NCBI GenBank assembly: GCA_030390025.1
Contig: CM059431.1
Span: 141,486,001 to 141,550,000, forward strand
Direction of reading: 5' to 3'
Source: Squalus acanthias
Taxonomy: Eukaryota
Length of the DNA stretch: 64,000 bases
Part shown: piece after piece, positions 13,333-26,149 of the stretch
How positions within the stretch are numbered: the stretch's first letter is position 1
Layout: each line of letters opens with the position of its first letter
Position numbers and translations under genes: made by a program
Notes under the pieces: model-generated
Told to the model about the DNA's origin: nothing
Database searches by the model: none
The model's input: the letters and a program-made list of their open reading frames with translations, nothing else

Positions 13333-14289
13333 CTGTGAACACAAAGAACCACATTAACAAAAAGCTTCTGAAAACCCACATATATTGCACATGTGCATCA
13401 ATCTATAGAGTCAATTCTGTGGGCAAATTTGTCAAACACGACTTATCTACTGCTAATCGGTTCCAGCCACCCCGATCATCCCCTGTATCTGTAAATGTTC
13501 ACTAATTCAACCTTCAAATCCAGATTCTAGGAGTTTGCCCACAACACAGTCCCTCCTCTATCTCATCTCCACTGCTCGATAGCCTGAAATACCCACAGCG
13601 AAATGTGCTATTCCACTTCCTATTCCTTAACTGTATACATATAGATTATATCTTAACATAACTCCAGGGAACATCCTGGTGTTCCAGCGCGGACATAGAA
13701 CTCTTTAGTAATACTGGCATCCACAAATATATTTTCAATCTCCTCAAAATGTTATGATCAGGATCGTTTCGCTCCGACTCCCGTTCAAACCTAAGTCCTG
13801 TCTCATAGTTAATAGATCACAGCACCCAGGAGGACAAGGGCAGAAGGTGCATGGGAACACCATCGCCTCCCATTTACCCTCCAACTCACACACTGACCCG
13901 ACTTGGACAAATCTCGCCGTCCGTCATCAATGCTGGGTCAACATCATGCAAATCCCTACCCAAGTGTGCCTGTTTCAACAGTTTTATTAATTCCAATTTC
14001 TAGTCTCAGATCGGGACATTTCCCATCCTCCAGTCAAATCAGCTGATTCCCTCCCACTGCTCCATTGACCCATTCTGGAAAATGTTGTTGGTGGGTTCAG
14101 ATCGCGGCCGTCCCGTCCCTTCCCCGCAAACTAAACCTCGTGCCCGAAGAACGTGAACCCTTCCCTTCTGCTCCAGCCCTGCAACCGCACATTGACCTGC
14201 CTCATATTTCCCTCATTAAGCAGCCCAGTTTAAAACAATCCGTAGTTCAACAGTTTGAGGCATTGATATGTTGTCTAGAGCCTCAGTCT

Positions 14290-14780
14290 TGTTATTCCCT
14301 CTATAAACGCATTTCTATTCATGTTACTGGTTCCGACCATGGCTATTTTTTGCTCACCTTTCCGTCCCAGAGATGGTCTCACCCGTTCCAGGATGTTCTT
14401 CCCTCTGGTACCAGGGAGACACCTTACCATTCGGGACCTGCTCAGGGCTGCAGAAGCTATCCGCTGCCGATAGAACGTCCCACCTTTATCGCTCTCCTTC
14501 TCCTATGCCCCACCTGCCTCTCAAAACCGCCCCACTCGGGGTGGCCTCCTGCTCCCTGGTACCACACTGTCGCTCAGGAAGACCCTCCTCTGAGTCACTG
14601 TCACTATCCAGCTAAAAGTCCCCAATAGCAGGTATCTATTGGACAGTTCCAGTACTGAGGGGCTCCCTCCACCTGTGACTGCGAGGCCCCTGTAGATGGT
14701 CACTCACTTCCCGCTTTGTACTGAGCCCCTGTCCTGTTCCTCTTCCTGTGTCAGCTGCAGGTTCATGCATGAGATCTGGA
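14290..14780 (-). mobile_element. Decayed CR1 ORF1 remnant
   Basis: LELSNRYLLL motif and a degenerate esterase segment similar to 1100-1450. Confidence 0.6.
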
Positions 14781-15499
14781 CCCTTTATCGGGACAGACAT
14801 TATATTTTAATTAATTTTCTGAACGTACTTTTGTCCTTTCTCATTCTTGAAGATGTTGGATCTTCTCCCCTGTTTGAACATTCAACCATGGTGGTGACAG
14901 GCGTTCCCAGATTCTGAAGCTCTGCATTAAATACAATATTAATAGGAGGGTTAGATGATAATATTGAAATGAAAAGGAGAACGTTGCCTTGTTAAACATG
15001 ATTTCAAGTCCCTGCTCCCCATCAGTACACCAGCTGGTAGGACTGGGATCGAGCATTTCCCAAGTGTTACGATCAGCTCTCCACATCAGGTGTGACACAG
15101 ACAGCTGCCCAGTGAAATCCAGTGAGTCCCGCTGATCTCCACAACCGAGTTCCAGATGGACTCCCGTTGGCCGAGACTCCGCACTGGGAGCGCCCATTGG
15201 TGAGATTTACTCACACAGTGCAGGCCAAAACCAGCCTTATTCCTGAGGTAGAGAATATTCTGCAGGGAAATATGGAGCGGGGCGATTATTGATGGATTAA
15301 ATGATCCTTCACTCGGTTGTACACAGTGTGACGGTATTGTATTATTTTTTTTATCTATGTGTATTGATTGGTTGAGTTTTGATATTAAATTATGGTATTT
15401 TATGAATATGATATATATCCACATACAAAATATACAGCCGAGTGTGATTCCTCTGGTCTCTATGAGCAGTGACGTTGTGGGTTCATGGAGATGTGATCT

Positions 15500-16690
15500 G
15501 GTTAGAGTGAGGAGAGGGTGAAATGCACAAGTGACCAGAGTCGGAGGAACAGAGAGATCTTGGTGGTGGGGGATTGTCGGGCTGGAGGAGGTTACAGAGA
15601 CAGGGAGGGCCGAGACCATGAAGGGGGTTTAAACGATGATGAGAGTTTTAATTTGGGGTTTCTGGGGGACCGGGAGCCAATGTAGATTCACAAGGACAGG
15701 GGGGGATCAGTGAGCAGGGCTTTTGATGCACTTAAGTTTATGGAGCATGAAAGGAGCAAAGTTGGCCTGGAGAACACTGGAAACATCAAGTGCACAGTGA
15801 GAAAAGCATGGATGAGGATTTCAGCAGCAGATGGGCTGAAGCAGGGATGATGAATGGCGATGTTACGGGGGGTGGAGGTAGGCGGTCTTTGTGAGAAGAG
15901 GAGATCAGGTCGGAAGCTCAGCTTGGCGCCAAATAGAACACTGAGGTTGTGAACAATCCGAGACATTGGCTGGGACGGGGATGGGTGATGTTATGGAGGT
16001 GGAGCTAGGCGGTCTTGGTGAGGAGAGGAGATCAGGTCGGAAGCTCAGCTTGACGCCAAATAGAACACTGAGGTTGTGAACAATCCGAGACATTGGCTGG
16101 GACAGGGAAGGAATCTCCGGCGACGGAACAGAACCGTAACTGGAGAAATATGTAGGTCATCACAGACTGGCTGTCGGACAAGCAACGTGAGAAACCACAA
16201 GCAATGGTGTTTGAGAGAGGTGCTAGAGATGTAGAGCAGTGTGCTGTCAGCGTACATATGTTCGAATAATGTCTCCAAGGGGCAGCATGTAGATGAGAAA
16301 TAGGAGGGGGTGAGGGGAGGTCCATGGGGGACTCCAGAGGTAACAGTGCAGGAGCGTGAAAAGAAGCCATTGATGGAGATTTTCTGCTACGACTGGATGG
16401 GTAAAATTGGAATCAAGCGAGGGAAGTCCCATTGAGTTGGACAACGGAGGACAGGCGTTGGAGGAGGATGTTATGCTTGACCGTGTCAAAGAATGCAGAG
16501 GTCGGGAAGAATGAGGAGGGATAGTTTGCCACGATCAGTCATAGGACGTTCCATTTGTGACCTTGATTATTGCCATTTCAGTGCTGTGGCAGGAGCGGAA
16601 ACCCAATAGGTTAGATTCAAACATGGAGTTTTGAGAAAGATTCAGGAGCCGAAAAAACATTGGGAAGAAATGGAGGCTGGAGATGGAGAT
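15500..16690 (-). mobile_element. L2-type LINE RT/3' fragment with a ~127-bp internal duplication
   Basis: GFRSCHSTEMAIIKVTN, LFLIYMLPLGDIIR, HMYADSTLLY, VHNLSVLF..LSFRP (twice), AAEILIHAF. Confidence 0.85.
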
Positions 16691-16949
16691 ACACGTGTCC
16701 AACTCTTCACTCACGTGTGAAACTGAACGTATTTCTTTGATCAAACCCTCTCCTCTGAAATACGCAAGTCTCATTTGGGGTTTAATGTTATAGAAACAGT
16801 TAAACTCATTTCATTTTTACAGAACATTCCACGCGCTCTGGCTGGGCGACTGAAATCGCCCAGTTGAACCTGAGGCGTTTGCTTATTGCAGGGTACAGAC
16901 TTAGAGCAACACTTAGATATTTTCTTTGTACCAAACTGCTTCAGATAAT

Positions 16950-17689
16950 GGCCCAGAATTAAACACTGAGCGTTCCTGCGGGGGTAAGGCTTCCCCGCGA
17001 TATCTCACTGCGCGCCTACCTTTTTCCTCCGGGCCCACACAAACTTTAGTTTCAAGGCTGCAGCTGCGCAGTGCTTGCATGACCAAGAGACGCAGTTAGT
17101 TCGTGCGAGCTCTGGGATCACGTGATTCAGTTAGAGCCAATGGCAGCACACCATCTTTCATTCATAGTTTTGACAGGAAGACCTGTCAAAGCTATGAATC
17201 TATACCCCCCCAAAAGAACAGCTAAACCTCAATTAATTTTTTTTTAAAAGCCATCACATTAATAAAATAAATATAGTTAAATAAATTAACCACTTTAAAC
17301 AAAAAATTAAATTTTTGAAAAAATGTATAATCTTTTTAAAAGTTATAAAAATAAACTTACCTTTCTTTAAAGTCTCTAAAAAAGATAAACTTGTTGAAAA
17401 AAATTTAAAATACTTAATTAACTACTTACCTTGTTAAAAGAGGGTCTTACACCTCCTTTCTTTATGTGCAAAATCTTCCATGCTTACCTGCGCGTTCAAA
17501 GCACTAAGTGCACTGCGTGCGCGCAGCCTGTAGCGCGCACACACTTCACTTAGGAACCGCCCCCTTTTGAGTTCACGAAGTGCCGGTTTCCCGCGCATGC
17601 GCAGTGCATGCTGGAAACCGGCAATTGGAGACCTAAAACGCGAGAGTACACAGTGCGTACTCTCGCGTATTAGGTCTAATTTTCGGGCC
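16950..17689. mobile_element. Non-autonomous DNA transposon (MITE), probably PIF/Harbinger type
   Basis: Imperfect terminal inverted repeats GGCCCAGAATTA / TAATTTTCGGGCC; AAT on both flanks (3-bp TSD); AT-rich core; internal hairpins. Confidence 0.72.
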
Positions 17690-17964
17690 AATGTGTCATT
17701 GTCACAACCCTTTTTACATAGAAGGTACAGAACAGAAACAGACCTTTCGGCCAAACTCCACGACGGTGTTTATGTTCCACAAGAGCCTCTTCCCACCGCT
17801 CTTCACCTAACCCGATCAGCAGAAACTTGTATTCCGCTCTCCCTCATTTCTATCTCTAGCTTTCCCGTAAATGCATGTTTTCTTTGCAGTGAGGCTGTGT
17901 AATCTGGAGCGTGCCTTCTCACTGACCCTGCACAGTTCACGTGTTGTTATTCCTCCGTCCCACA

Positions 17965-18085
17965 GACACCGACACGGCCCTCACCCCACTGACACAGCCC
18001 CCACACCACTGACACGGCTCCCCACCCCACTGACACGGCCCCACACCAACACCCCAGTGACCCAGCCCTACAACGATACCCCAGT
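17965..18085 (+). repeat. Short degenerate ~21-bp C-rich tandem repeat (CCCACTGACACGGC..)
   Basis: About 5-6 imperfect units visible. Confidence 0.75.
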
Positions 18086-19315
18086 AAAGGGGAGTGAGTG
18101 GTTACACTCCAAGCCTAATGTCCGCATTGTGAAGTTTGATTTGTAGCATGAAGTGAATGTGACAAGGGACGAGGGCAGCATTAAGTGTGACGCTTACATT
18201 AAGTGTGCATTATAAATAAGACTTTTAAAAGGTTACTGGCGAATCTCCATGGTTTTGCTCATACTTAGACAGATGGACTGGAAAGAGTTCTCACTGCGTT
18301 TGTTGAAACAGGCGAGAATGGCAGGCGGACGTGTGAATGTTCACTGCAGCGCCCCCAGTGCTGAGAGGACTGAACAAGTGACAATATTCTATATTATAAA
18401 AGGAATTGAAACAGGCTTTATCAATAAAAAATTGTTATTAAACCATGGCAAAGGGAAACCCTATGAATTGTATCTATACAAGCTGCTGTGTTATAATGTT
18501 ATTTTTCTGGTTTAGCAGAAACTGTATTAAAATGTATTCCCCGTATCCAGAAGATGCTGCTGCTACTGGGCTGACGAATACACAGATAGGAATTTGCAGT
18601 GAATCAAGGAGAGAGTTCTGGTAATTGGAGAGGGAAGGGTTGAGAGTGTCGGAGCAATAGGTAATACAAGGCGAATGTGAGAGTAATGATATAAATGTGT
18701 TAGTAGACTTATGTTGGGTTTCCATGTGAGGTGGTTGAACTTCTTCCTGCAATGCTGCTATGTTATTCTGCTATATTTCTACTACCACTCATAGCTTGCC
18801 TGGATATCTTCCTGCCGCCTGGTGGATAGAAGCAGTCTCTATTCCTGGAGACCTCCTGCAAAACCCCGAAAGCAGTGTCTGGAAATTGGGCGGCTCTTGT
18901 GGGGCGGCCATTGTCGACATCTTCACTTATATTTGCCTATAGCCAAAGTGCTCCTCCACTTTTAAAGGAGTAGGTTGTCATTATTTTTCGTCAGCAACGG
19001 TGAAATTGACGCCCATCATTCTGCGTGCGGCCAATCCGCAGCGCAAGGGGCACTGACAAGCCGCTTATTTGAATTAAATTAAAGGGACGGGCATGTTTAA
19101 GGACTTCTATGCAGCCACGTCATTATCTGCACGTTCAAAGGGTGGTGGTCATTCTCCGCACTAAAAGCAATTTCTACCCGCTAAGCATTTTTGTCTAAAA
19201 AAACCCGAAATAATAAAGTACAGGGGCAGAGAACTGAAACCAGAATATGCCACAAGTATAGCCGTTAACAATTGTTTCACATTTGTAACTATATTATATA
19301 TACAGTTATTTATAT

Positions 19316-20030
19316 AGAGGGACCTGGGAGTATATGTCCCTAGGTCCATGAAGGTGGCAGGAGATATTGAGAGAGTGGTTAGCAAAGCATATGGGATCTT
19401 GGGCATCATAAATAGAGGTATTGAGTACAAAAGTAGAGAAATTTTGCTGAACCTTTATAAAGCGCTGGTTAGGCCAGAACTGGAGTGTTGCCTCCAGTTC
19501 TGGTCACCGCACGTTAGGAAGGATGTGAAGGCCCTTGAGAGGGTGCAGAGGAGAATTACCAGAATGGTTCCGGGGTTGGGAGATCTTAGCTACAAGGACA
19601 GGTTGGAGAAACTGGATTAGTTTTCAGTAGAGCAAAGGAGGTTGAGGGGTGACTTGATAGAGGTGTACAAGATTATGACGGGTTTGGTTAGGCTGGACGG
19701 GGAAAGGTTGTTTCCAATAGTTGATGGTACAAGGACTAGGGGACACAGATTTCAGGTTTTGGGCAAGAGATACAGGGGGGATGTGAGGGAAAATCTTTTA
19801 CACAGCGAGTGGTGAGGACCTGGAACTCGCTGCTGACGGAAGTGGTGGAAGCGAACACACTCAATGTTTTCAAGGGGAGACTGGATAGGCACTTGAGGGA
19901 AATAAACTTGCAGGGGTACGGGGATAGAGCGGGGGAATGGGACCGACTGGATTGCTCTACAGAGAGCCGGCACGGCATCGATGGGCCGAATGGCCTCCTT
20001 CTGTGCCGTTATGACTCGATGACACTCTAT
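19316..20030 (+). mobile_element. CR1 3' fragment (same subfamily as 7930-8648)
   Basis: GIEYKSREILLNLYKALVRPELECCLQFWSPH; 3'UTR ending in gccgttatgactcgatgacactcta. Confidence 0.92.
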
Positions 20031-20124
20031 TTATTGTAGGTCGGTAAGTGAATGGGCAGAGTGTTGCTGTAGTGATTGAAGTGTTCAGAAATGTTTTAGT
20101 TGAAACGGGTTTAATTCTACTCAC

Positions 20125-20356
20125 CTGTTTTTCGTTCAAAGCTTGGAGTACTGTGGTTTAATAAATCTCCGTGAGAAGGAGTCGCTTCACTTGTACCGGT
20201 TCCTGGGGCCTGATCATCTTCCCCAGGAGCAGGGCCTTCAATCTGACTCTGTTCACTTGCACCGGTTCCTGCGCTCTGATCACCGTCCCCAGGAGCAGGG
20301 CCTTGAATCTGACTCTGCTCACTTAAACTGCTTGGTTTACTTGATGAGTGCCCCAT
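20125..20356 (-). CDS. Putative first coding exon of the NLR-like gene (whole exon 20373-20125, ATG at 20356)
   Basis: Acceptor ttttgcag| at 20374 and donor G|GTGAGT at 20124. 232 coding nt (phase 1) join in frame to the 13332 exon (..ERKT-D-PSSK..). Starts MGHSSSK and contains a 66-bp in-frame duplication. Confidence 0.72.
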
Positions 20357-20539
20357 CTCAGGAAACTTGTTATCTGCAAAACAGTTAATTCCAGATTATA
20401 GCAAGGTATATTAGAATGGAACAGAAACATGGGGAATCAAAATAACTCCATTGCACCGCTGATACAAAATCGAGGGACGAGGTCACCGATTTGAAAATTC
20501 TAAAATAGTGAAAAATATTTCCCCTGATTATTAATCAGA

Positions 20540-20912
20540 TGGTGAGTGTGGGATGTGCGGATGGATCAGGGCGAGTTCGGGTGGATCAGGGTGAGTTCGG
20601 GACGTGCGAGTGGGTCAGGGTGAGTGCGGGTCGTGCGGTGGATTAAGGTGAGTGCAGGTCGTGCAGGTGGGACAGGGTGAGTGTGGGACATGCGGGTGTG
20701 TCAGATTATGTGCGGGAAGTGCGGCTGTGCCAGGGTGAGTGCGGGACTTGCGGGTGTGTGAGGGCAAGTGCTGGTGGGTGATGGCGAGTGTGGCATGTGC
20801 GGGTGGGACAGGGTGAGTGCGGGAGGGTCAGGGTGAGTTCGGGACGTGCGGGAGGGTCAGGGGGTGAGTGCGGGACGTGCGGGTGGGTCCGGGTGATTGC
20901 GGGACGTGCGGG
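20540..20912 (+). repeat. ~29-bp G/CpG-rich minisatellite (GGGTGAGTGCGGGACGTGCGGGTGGGTCA)n
   Basis: About 12 imperfect units. Confidence 0.85.
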
Positions 20913-21299
20913 TCCTGCTTGTGGATCAGTGCCGAGATATTTTTTTACTTCAATCGTGCTTAATCTATAAATTATTAGCAGCACACGGTTATTACGGCAG
21001 TAAATCATTTGAAGTTAAAAACAGAGAGTGCTGCACTAAAGGTAATCAGAGTTTATTTTTATCTTTGGGCAATAATGTAATATGAACGATATCGAATTAG
21101 CCGCTCATTTTGCACAACGGACGATTTTCCTTCCCATTGATGTCAATGGAAGCGGGTATCAGGCGTGCTTTATACTGGGCGGCCAATTCCATATCCCCAA
21201 TATTAAACTACCACACAGATTTCACTACTTGAAATTACTCCCAATGAATTACAATCTCCAACATTTCAAAACTTAGTAATTCAATGTTGCGTAGATTTG

Positions 21300-23335
21300 T
21301 ACAAAAGCACAACACTGCTGATGCTGGAACTGCTCAGCAGGACAGGCAGCATCTGTGGAGAGAGAAACAGTGTTAACGTTTCAAATCGATGACCTTTCGT
21401 CAGAACTGGAAAAAGTTATAGAGGTAACAGGTTTTAAGTAAGTCCAGGGCAGGCAAAGCGGGAGAGGAGGAAATAACGAAACAGAAGGTGTGTGATAGGG
21501 TGGAAGGCAGGAGTGATTAAATGACAAAAGGGATGATTGTACAAAGGAAAAGGAGATGGTAATGGGACAAGTGAAGAATCAAAATATGAGTCTAGAAGAG
21601 ATGCAAATGGGAATGGCAGAATTGTCAACATCTGCCATCTGAAAAAATAGGTGCAAAGAAATTGTTGAACTCGATATAGAGTCCGGAAGGCTGCAAAGTG
21701 CCGAATCGAAAGATGATGTGCTGTTCCTCGAGCTTACTTTGAGCTTCATTGGAACAGTGTCAGAGGCCCAGGACAGGGAGGTCAAATTGGGAGTGGAGCA
21801 GAGAATTAAAGTGACAGACGACCGGAAGATTGGGGTCACGCTTGCAGACTGAACAGAGGTGTTCCGCAAAGCAATCAGCCAATCTGAGTTTAGTGGCCCC
21901 ATCGTGAGCAGCGAATACAGTATATAAATTGCAAGTATAACAAGTAAATCGCTGTCTCACCCGGAAGGAGTGTTTGGGACCCTGTACAGTGGAAGGGAGG
22001 AGTTAAAAGGGCAGGTGTTGCACCTCCTGCCCTTGCACGGTTAGGTGCCGTGGCAAGTGGAGCGGAGATTGGGGGTGATTGAGGAGTGGACCAGGCTGTC
22101 GCGCAGGGAGCGGTCCCTACGGAATGCTGAAAGAGGAGTGGAAGATATGTTAATGGTGTGATTACACTGGAGTTGGCGGAAATGGCGGAGGATGATCCGT
22201 TGAATGTCGAGGTTGGTGGGGTGAAATGTGAGGATAAGGGGAACCCTATCGTGATTCTACGAGGGAGGGGAAGGGGTGAGAGCAGAATTGTGGGAAATCG
22301 AACTGACACGGTCGAGGGCCAGGTCAACCTCACTGGAGAGGAATCCTCGGTTTAGGAAAAAGGAAGACATATAGGAAGCACTTGTATGGAAAGGGGCATG
22401 ATCGGAACAAATGCGACAGTGATGAAGAAACTAGGAGAATTGAACAGAGTCTGTACAGGAAGCGGGGTGGGAGGAAGTGTAGTCCAACTAGCTGTGGGAG
22501 TCACTGGGATTTTATTGAATGTTTGTCAATAGCCTATCCCCAGAAATGGAGGCAGAGAAGTCGAGGAAGGGAAGGAAGGAGTCGGAGTTGGACCATGTGA
22601 AGATGAGGGAAGGATGGAAATTGGAAGCAAAGTGAATGTAATTTTCCAGTCCAGGGTGACAGCAGGAAAAGGCCCCGATGCAATCATCATTGGACTGGAC
22701 AAAGAGGTGGGGGAGGGGACACGAGTAGAACTGGAAGAAAGAATGTACCACATATCCGACGAAAAAGCAGGCATAGCTAGGACCCATGCGGGTTCCCATA
22801 GCAACACCTTTAATTTGGAGGAAGTGAGTGGAGTCAAAGGAGAAGTTGTTCAACGTGAGAACAAGTTCAGCCAGGCGGAGGAGGATGGTGGTGGATGGGG
22901 ATTGGTTGGACCTCTGTTGAAGGAAGAAGTTGAGCGTCATCAGCCCGTCCTGTTGGGGGATGGAGCTCTAGAGGGATTGGACATCCATGGTGAAAAAAAG
23001 ATGGTTGGCGCCAGGAAGCTTGAAACGGTAGGAGTCGTGGATGCAGGTGGGAAGAGACTAGACAAGGGGAAAAATAGAGTCGTAATAGGAAGAAATCAGC
23101 TCCTTTGGCCTACCAGTGCAGTCTTGTATAAGTATCTTGGGAAGTAGGTAGAAGCGGGCTGTGCGGGGTTGGGGAACGATGAGGTTGGCGACCGTGGAGG
23201 CAAGATCTCCAGAGGAGATGAGGTCAGTTACAGTCTTGGAAACGATCGCTTGGTTTTCGGCAGTGTGGTCATGGTGCAGTGGGAGGTAGGAGGAGGTGTC
23301 AGAGAGTTGGCCTTCAGCCTCCGAAAGGTAGTGGA
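21300..23335 (-). mobile_element. Penelope-like element (RT + GIY-YIG, decayed) with a terminal hammerhead motif at ~21370-21408
   Basis: LAELVLTLNNFSF..QIKGVAMGTRMGPSYAC, YCIRCSR, RLADCFAEHL..VVCHFN. Minus strand reads CTGACGA-AAGGTC-ATC-GATTT-GAAACGTT. Confidence 0.9.
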
Positions 23336-23384
23336 AAGTAGGAACATAAGTAGGAGCAGGAGTAGGCCAAATGGCCCCTCCAGC

Positions 23385-23638
23385 CTAGGCTGCAGAAGGC
23401 AGGACCAGGAATGGTGGAGCGGTGAAAATCGGGGCCGCGCAAGAGGTTAGAATTGGAGGAGCGCAGAGATCTGGGAGGGTTGTAGGGCTGAAGGAGGTTA
23501 GAGATAGGGAGGGGCGACTCCAGGGAGGAAGGGACGAGGGCATGAAGTGATTTGAAATCACGGAGGAGATTTTTGAAATCAGTTTTTGCTGGACCGGGAG
23601 CCAATGTAGTTCAGCGAGCACAGGGGTGATGGGTAAAC
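23385..23638 (-). mobile_element. L2 3' fragment
   Basis: LAELHWLPV..YNPPRSLRSSNSNLL..AF motif typical of the L2 ORF2 C-terminus. Confidence 0.8.
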
Positions 23639-23949
23639 TTGTGACTGTGTGTTAACGACAGAAACTGATCTTACTTCACATCCCATTGCACGGACACATG
23701 CTGGAAAATTGTGCTCAGTGGTCAGACTGTCCCAGTCTCATTCTCATCATATAATGCCTTACCTTGTAACCTTTGTATAACGTCTAAAGGAATAGGGTAT
23801 ATCTGTGACAATTGGACTCTCTCTGACCTTTCTCCCCAGCCCATCTCCAGGACCAGTGTGTATCTGAGTCAATGGGACTCTCTCTGACCTTTCTCCCCAG
23901 TCCATCTCCAGGACCAGTGTGTATCTGAGTCAATGGAACTCTCTCTGAC

Positions 23950-24116
23950 CTTTCTCCCCAGTCGATCTATGAATGCTCTTTCAATCGGAAGATTTCTCTC
24001 TGGTCGGTGCTCTCACAATCCTGTGCTAGTTCACCTGCTGTTATTCCTCAGTCTACAATCCCTGTTTACTTCCAGCTGTGCAGCTTCCTCAATCACTCCA
24101 TCATTTACCAGGAGAT
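23950..24116 (-). other. Putative non-coding exon; paralogs at 25801-25968, 32903-33069, 35981-36147 (all minus) and 53418-53578 (plus)
   Basis: Conserved acceptor (ataattag|ATC; attattag in the 33 kb copy). Donor AAG|GTAAGA in three copies and AAG|GTCAGA in two. No sustained ORF. Confidence 0.55.
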
Positions 24117-24389
24117 CTAATTATGACAGGACAGAAAATGAGAACAATATTGACGGTGTGAACAAGAACGTAATGTGCACGTTTCCTGTAATTATCTAAT
24201 GGTGGCAGGCCTGAAAATAATCTAATATTGACAGTGAAGTAAATCCCCACGGACCAACCATAGCCCTGGTATTAATGGGTTTGCTGCCGTTTCTTCCATT
24301 CACCACAGTGAACGATCTGTGCTTTGCTCGTTCTCCTCCACAACAGCATCACAAATTCCAACAAACGAAATCAAACTGCTTGAACTTAC

Positions 24390-24780
24390 CACTCAGATAT
24401 CCTCAGAGAATTCTTGTATTAACTGCCAGTTATTCCCTGCCCCAGCCGCTCTGAGATACAATTCCTGCTTGTTTTAAACAACGCCCAGTTTCTGCCCTGT
24501 TGAATACTGCGGATTACGACACTCTGCGTTTCTCTGCAGTTTGCAACAGGAGATCCAGGGCGGTGTCTGAAACTATCTCCCTCTTTACCGAGAAAACAGT
24601 GGGATCGCTGCCGGATCCTCCGCATCTTCAGCTTCAGGGCCGAGTATTTCTGTTCGATACTTCCTGTCCCTCAGGTACTCAGCATGCCCGCCCGGGCTAA
24701 CTCCAAACACCCAGAATTCGAGGCAGAAATGTAACATTATCTCTCTGCACATTAGACAAAACGGCGCTGTTTGAATTCAC
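24390..24780 (-). promoter_or_regulatory. Putative proximal promoter/first exon of the NLR-like gene; inverted paralog at ~52790-53170
   Basis: Moderately CpG-rich, non-TE sequence ending in donor GTG|GTAAGT at 24389, upstream of the conserved non-coding exon. Confidence 0.4.
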
Positions 24781-25588
24781 TGGGCACATCCACCCCGGGT
24801 TACACACTGTCTGATCTCACTGGGCCCATCCTCCCCGGGTTACACACTGTCTGATCTCACTGGTCACTACCTCCCCGGATTACACACTGTCTGATCTCAC
24901 TGGTCACTACCTCTCCGGGTTACACACTGTCTGATCTCACTGGGCCCATTCTCCCCGGGTTACACACTGTCTGATCTCACTGGGCCCATCCTCCCCGGGT
25001 TACACACTGTCTGATCTCACTGGGACCATCCTTCCTGGGTTACACACTGCCTGATCTCACTGGGCCCATCCTCCCCAGGTTACACACTGTCTGATCCCAC
25101 TGGGCCCATCCTCCATGGGTTACAGAATGCCTGATCTCACTGGGACAATCCTCCCGGGTTACACACTGTCTGATCTCACTGGGACCAGCCTCCCCGGGTT
25201 ACACACGGTCTGATCTCAGTGGGCCCATCCTCCCCGGGTTACACAATGTCTGATCTCACTGGTCACTACCTCCCCTGGTTACACACTGTCTGATCTCACT
25301 GGGACCAGCCTCCCCGGGTTACACACTGTCTGATCTCACTGGGCCCATCCTCCCCCTGTTACATTCTGTCTGATCCCACTGGGCCCATCCTCCACGGGGT
25401 ACAATTGTCTGAAGGCACTGGGCCCATCCTCCCCGGGTTACACTGTCTGGTCACACTGGGCACATCCTCCCCGGGTTACACACAGTCTGATCTCACTGGG
25501 CCCATCCTCCCCGGGTTACACACTGTCTGATCTCACTGGGCCCATCCTCCCCGGGTTACACACTGTCTGATCTCATTGGGCCCATCCG
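24778..25588 (-). repeat. 40-bp minisatellite, ~20 units (reverse complement of the 49341-52756 array)
   Basis: Plus-strand unit ACACTGTCTGATCTCACTGGGCCCATCCTCCCCGGGTTAC. Confidence 0.97.
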
Positions 25589-26149
25589 ACCCCCGGATGA
25601 CCCAATGCATACTTCTCTCCAGTCAGAAAAACATCCGTTCACCACTGCTCTCTGCCTCCTATCACTCAGACAATTAGCAACCCAATTTACCACGATCCCT
25701 TTAATACCATGTATCTGAGTCAATGGGACTCTCTCTGACCTTTCTCCCCAGTCCATCTCCAGGACCAGTGTGTATCTGAGTCAATGGGACTCTCTCTGAC
25801 CTTTCTCCCCAGTCGATCTCTGGAAGCTCTTTGAATCGGAAGGGTTCTCTCTGGTTGGTGCTCTCACAATCCTGTGCTGGTTCACCTGCTGTTGTTCCTC
25901 AGTCTACAATCCCTTGTTTACTTCCAGCTGTGGACCTTCCTCAATCACTCAGTCATTCACCGGGAGATCTAATTATGGCAGAGCAGAAAATGAGAACAAT
26001 ATTGAAAGCGTGAAATAGAAATGTAGACTTTTCTTCTGCTTACTAAAAATTAAATTTCAAGGCCGAGTATTTGTTTGATTTTGTCCCTTTCCTCAGATCC
26101 CCAGTTCCGGGGCTGTGTGTTTAGTTTGGAGCTTTTCCTCACAGTAAAT

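Noticed and set aside
14988..15259. Possible extra minus-strand exon (ccctgcag acceptor; MGAPSAESRP..MFNK)
   Set aside because: In-frame stops if spliced from the ATG exon, and only a phase-0 GC donor, which is incompatible with the phase-1 exon at 13332; an alternative exon cannot be excluded.
18860..19160. Possible second MITE remnant (also ~21000-21200)
   Set aside because: CpG-containing and MITE-like, but I could not pair termini or find a TSD.
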